From contig CAYUNW010000001.1 of NCBI GenBank assembly GCA_964446235.1, forward strand, positions 103,837 through 164,613: DNA of 60,777 nt. The letters run 5' to 3'. The notes beneath the pieces were generated by a model. That model had not been told where the DNA came from. It ran no database searches and was given only the letters and a program-made list of their open reading frames with translations. Positions 60,154 to 60,777 of this stretch are shown one piece after another. Position 1 is the first letter of the stretch, and the number at the start of each line of letters is the position of its first letter. A program made the position numbers and the translations under genes. The DNA is from an uncultured Gammaproteobacteria bacterium (GTDB lineage: Bacteria > Patescibacteriota > Microgenomatia > 2-02-FULL-39-11).

Positions 60154-60182
60154 ATTTTAAACTATCTTAATATACTTGTCAA
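60154..60182 (-). promoter_or_regulatory. rpoB promoter
   Basis: TTGACA (60182-60177), 17 nt, TAAAAT (60159-60154). Confidence 0.75.
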
Positions 60183-60205
60183 GGATATAAATTTTATGTT
60201 AAAAT
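60176..60205 (+). promoter_or_regulatory. nusA promoter
   Basis: TTGTCA, 18 nt, TAAAAT, with TGn extension. Confidence 0.6.
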
Positions 60206-60236
60206 AGTATTTAAGAATTTTGTTTATTTATATTTG

Positions 60237-60261
60237 TGGTGGGAATCTCCCACCAATTTTT
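60237..60261 (+). terminator. rimP-leader-like hairpin upstream of nusA
   Basis: UGGUGGGA-AUC-UCCCACCA followed by AUUUUU. Confidence 0.6.
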
Positions 60262-60278
60262 ATAATTGAATAAAAAAT

Positions 60279-60777
60279 ATGCCAGCAACTATTAAATCAG
60301 AATTTGCACTTGCTCTTAATCAGGTAGCGACTGAAAGAGGAATTGATCCAAATATTGTCCTAGAAACCATACAAGCCGCAATTCTTGCTGCATATAGAAA
60401 AGACTATGGATCAAAAGAATTAGAAGAAATTGAAGTTGAAATAAATCCAAAAAATGGTGAAGCTAGATTATTTAAAAATAAAAAAGACATCACACCGCCA
60501 GGATTCGGCAGAATCGCTGCTCAAACAGCAAAACAAGTCATTTTACAAAGAATAAGAGAAGCCGAAAAAAAAGCAATTATCGATGATTTTTCACAAAAAG
60601 TCGGTTTAGTAGCAAATGGTATGATTTTAAGATTTGATGGTCAAAATATCATTGTCGATATCGGCAGAACCGAAGCAATTTTACCTCCTCAAGAACAGAC
60701 TACAAATGAAAAATACCGTCTTAATCAAAGATTAGCTTTTTACATTGCTGATATTAACCATAGTCAAAGAGGAGATA
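60279..60777 (+). CDS. nusA: Transcription factor NusA (partial; runs off the window)
   Basis: Hand translation MPATIKSEFALALNQVATERGID...GFGRIAAQTAKQVILQRIREAE...VDIGRTEAILP. Confidence 0.96.
   Translation, partial: MPATIKSEFALALNQVATERGIDPNIVLETIQAAILAAYRKDYGSKELEEIEVEINPKNGEARLFKNKKDITPPGFGRIAAQTAKQVILQRIREAEKKAIIDDFSQKVGLVANGMILRFDGQNIIVDIGRTEAILPPQEQTTNEKYRLNQRLAFYIADINHSQRGD

Noticed and set aside
1-60777. Alternative genetic code (UGA = Gly, code 25)
   Set aside because: TGA terminates ilvD, map and the ABC permease at ATGA overlaps, and conserved proteins are full length under code 11.

Overview
A 60.8 kb AT-rich chromosomal segment from a Patescibacteria (CPR) bacterium, most likely Microgenomates. 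The assignment rests on the missing uL30 gene in the spc operon, rplM-rpsI directly following rplQ, rpoBC uncoupled from rplKAJL, and CPR-style accessory genes. Genetic code 11 is used (TGA acts as stop in ATGA overlaps). The right half (27.7-60.8 kb) is housekeeping: hup, rny, recX, recA, tRNA-Pro, rarA, the alpha/spc/S10/str clusters, rpoC, rpoB and a partial divergent nusA. The left half holds ilvD-ilvB, comM/yifB, enolase, cell-surface and redox genes (Ig-like/C39 peptidase, anchored serpin, DsbA/DsbB/thioredoxin), metal-handling genes, a two-gene [NiFe]-hydrogenase (hydD-hydA) facing a hypC-DMT-DUF6390-endopeptidase operon, RNase P RNA, miaA, miaB, coaBC and an ABC exporter. Two signals stand out. 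First, the hydrogenase module is minimal: the small subunit has NuoB-like tandem cysteines, the stand-alone HypC lacks its His, and the DUF6390-like protein contains a cryptic HypC domain. Second, there are several unannotated RNA leaders: a complete Ile/Val/Leu leader-peptide attenuator before ilvD, a terminator/antiterminator switch before rplC, and leader terminators for the back-to-back rpoB and nusA promoters. All family calls are by motif recognition without database searches. No CRISPR array, intact mobile element or prophage was seen.
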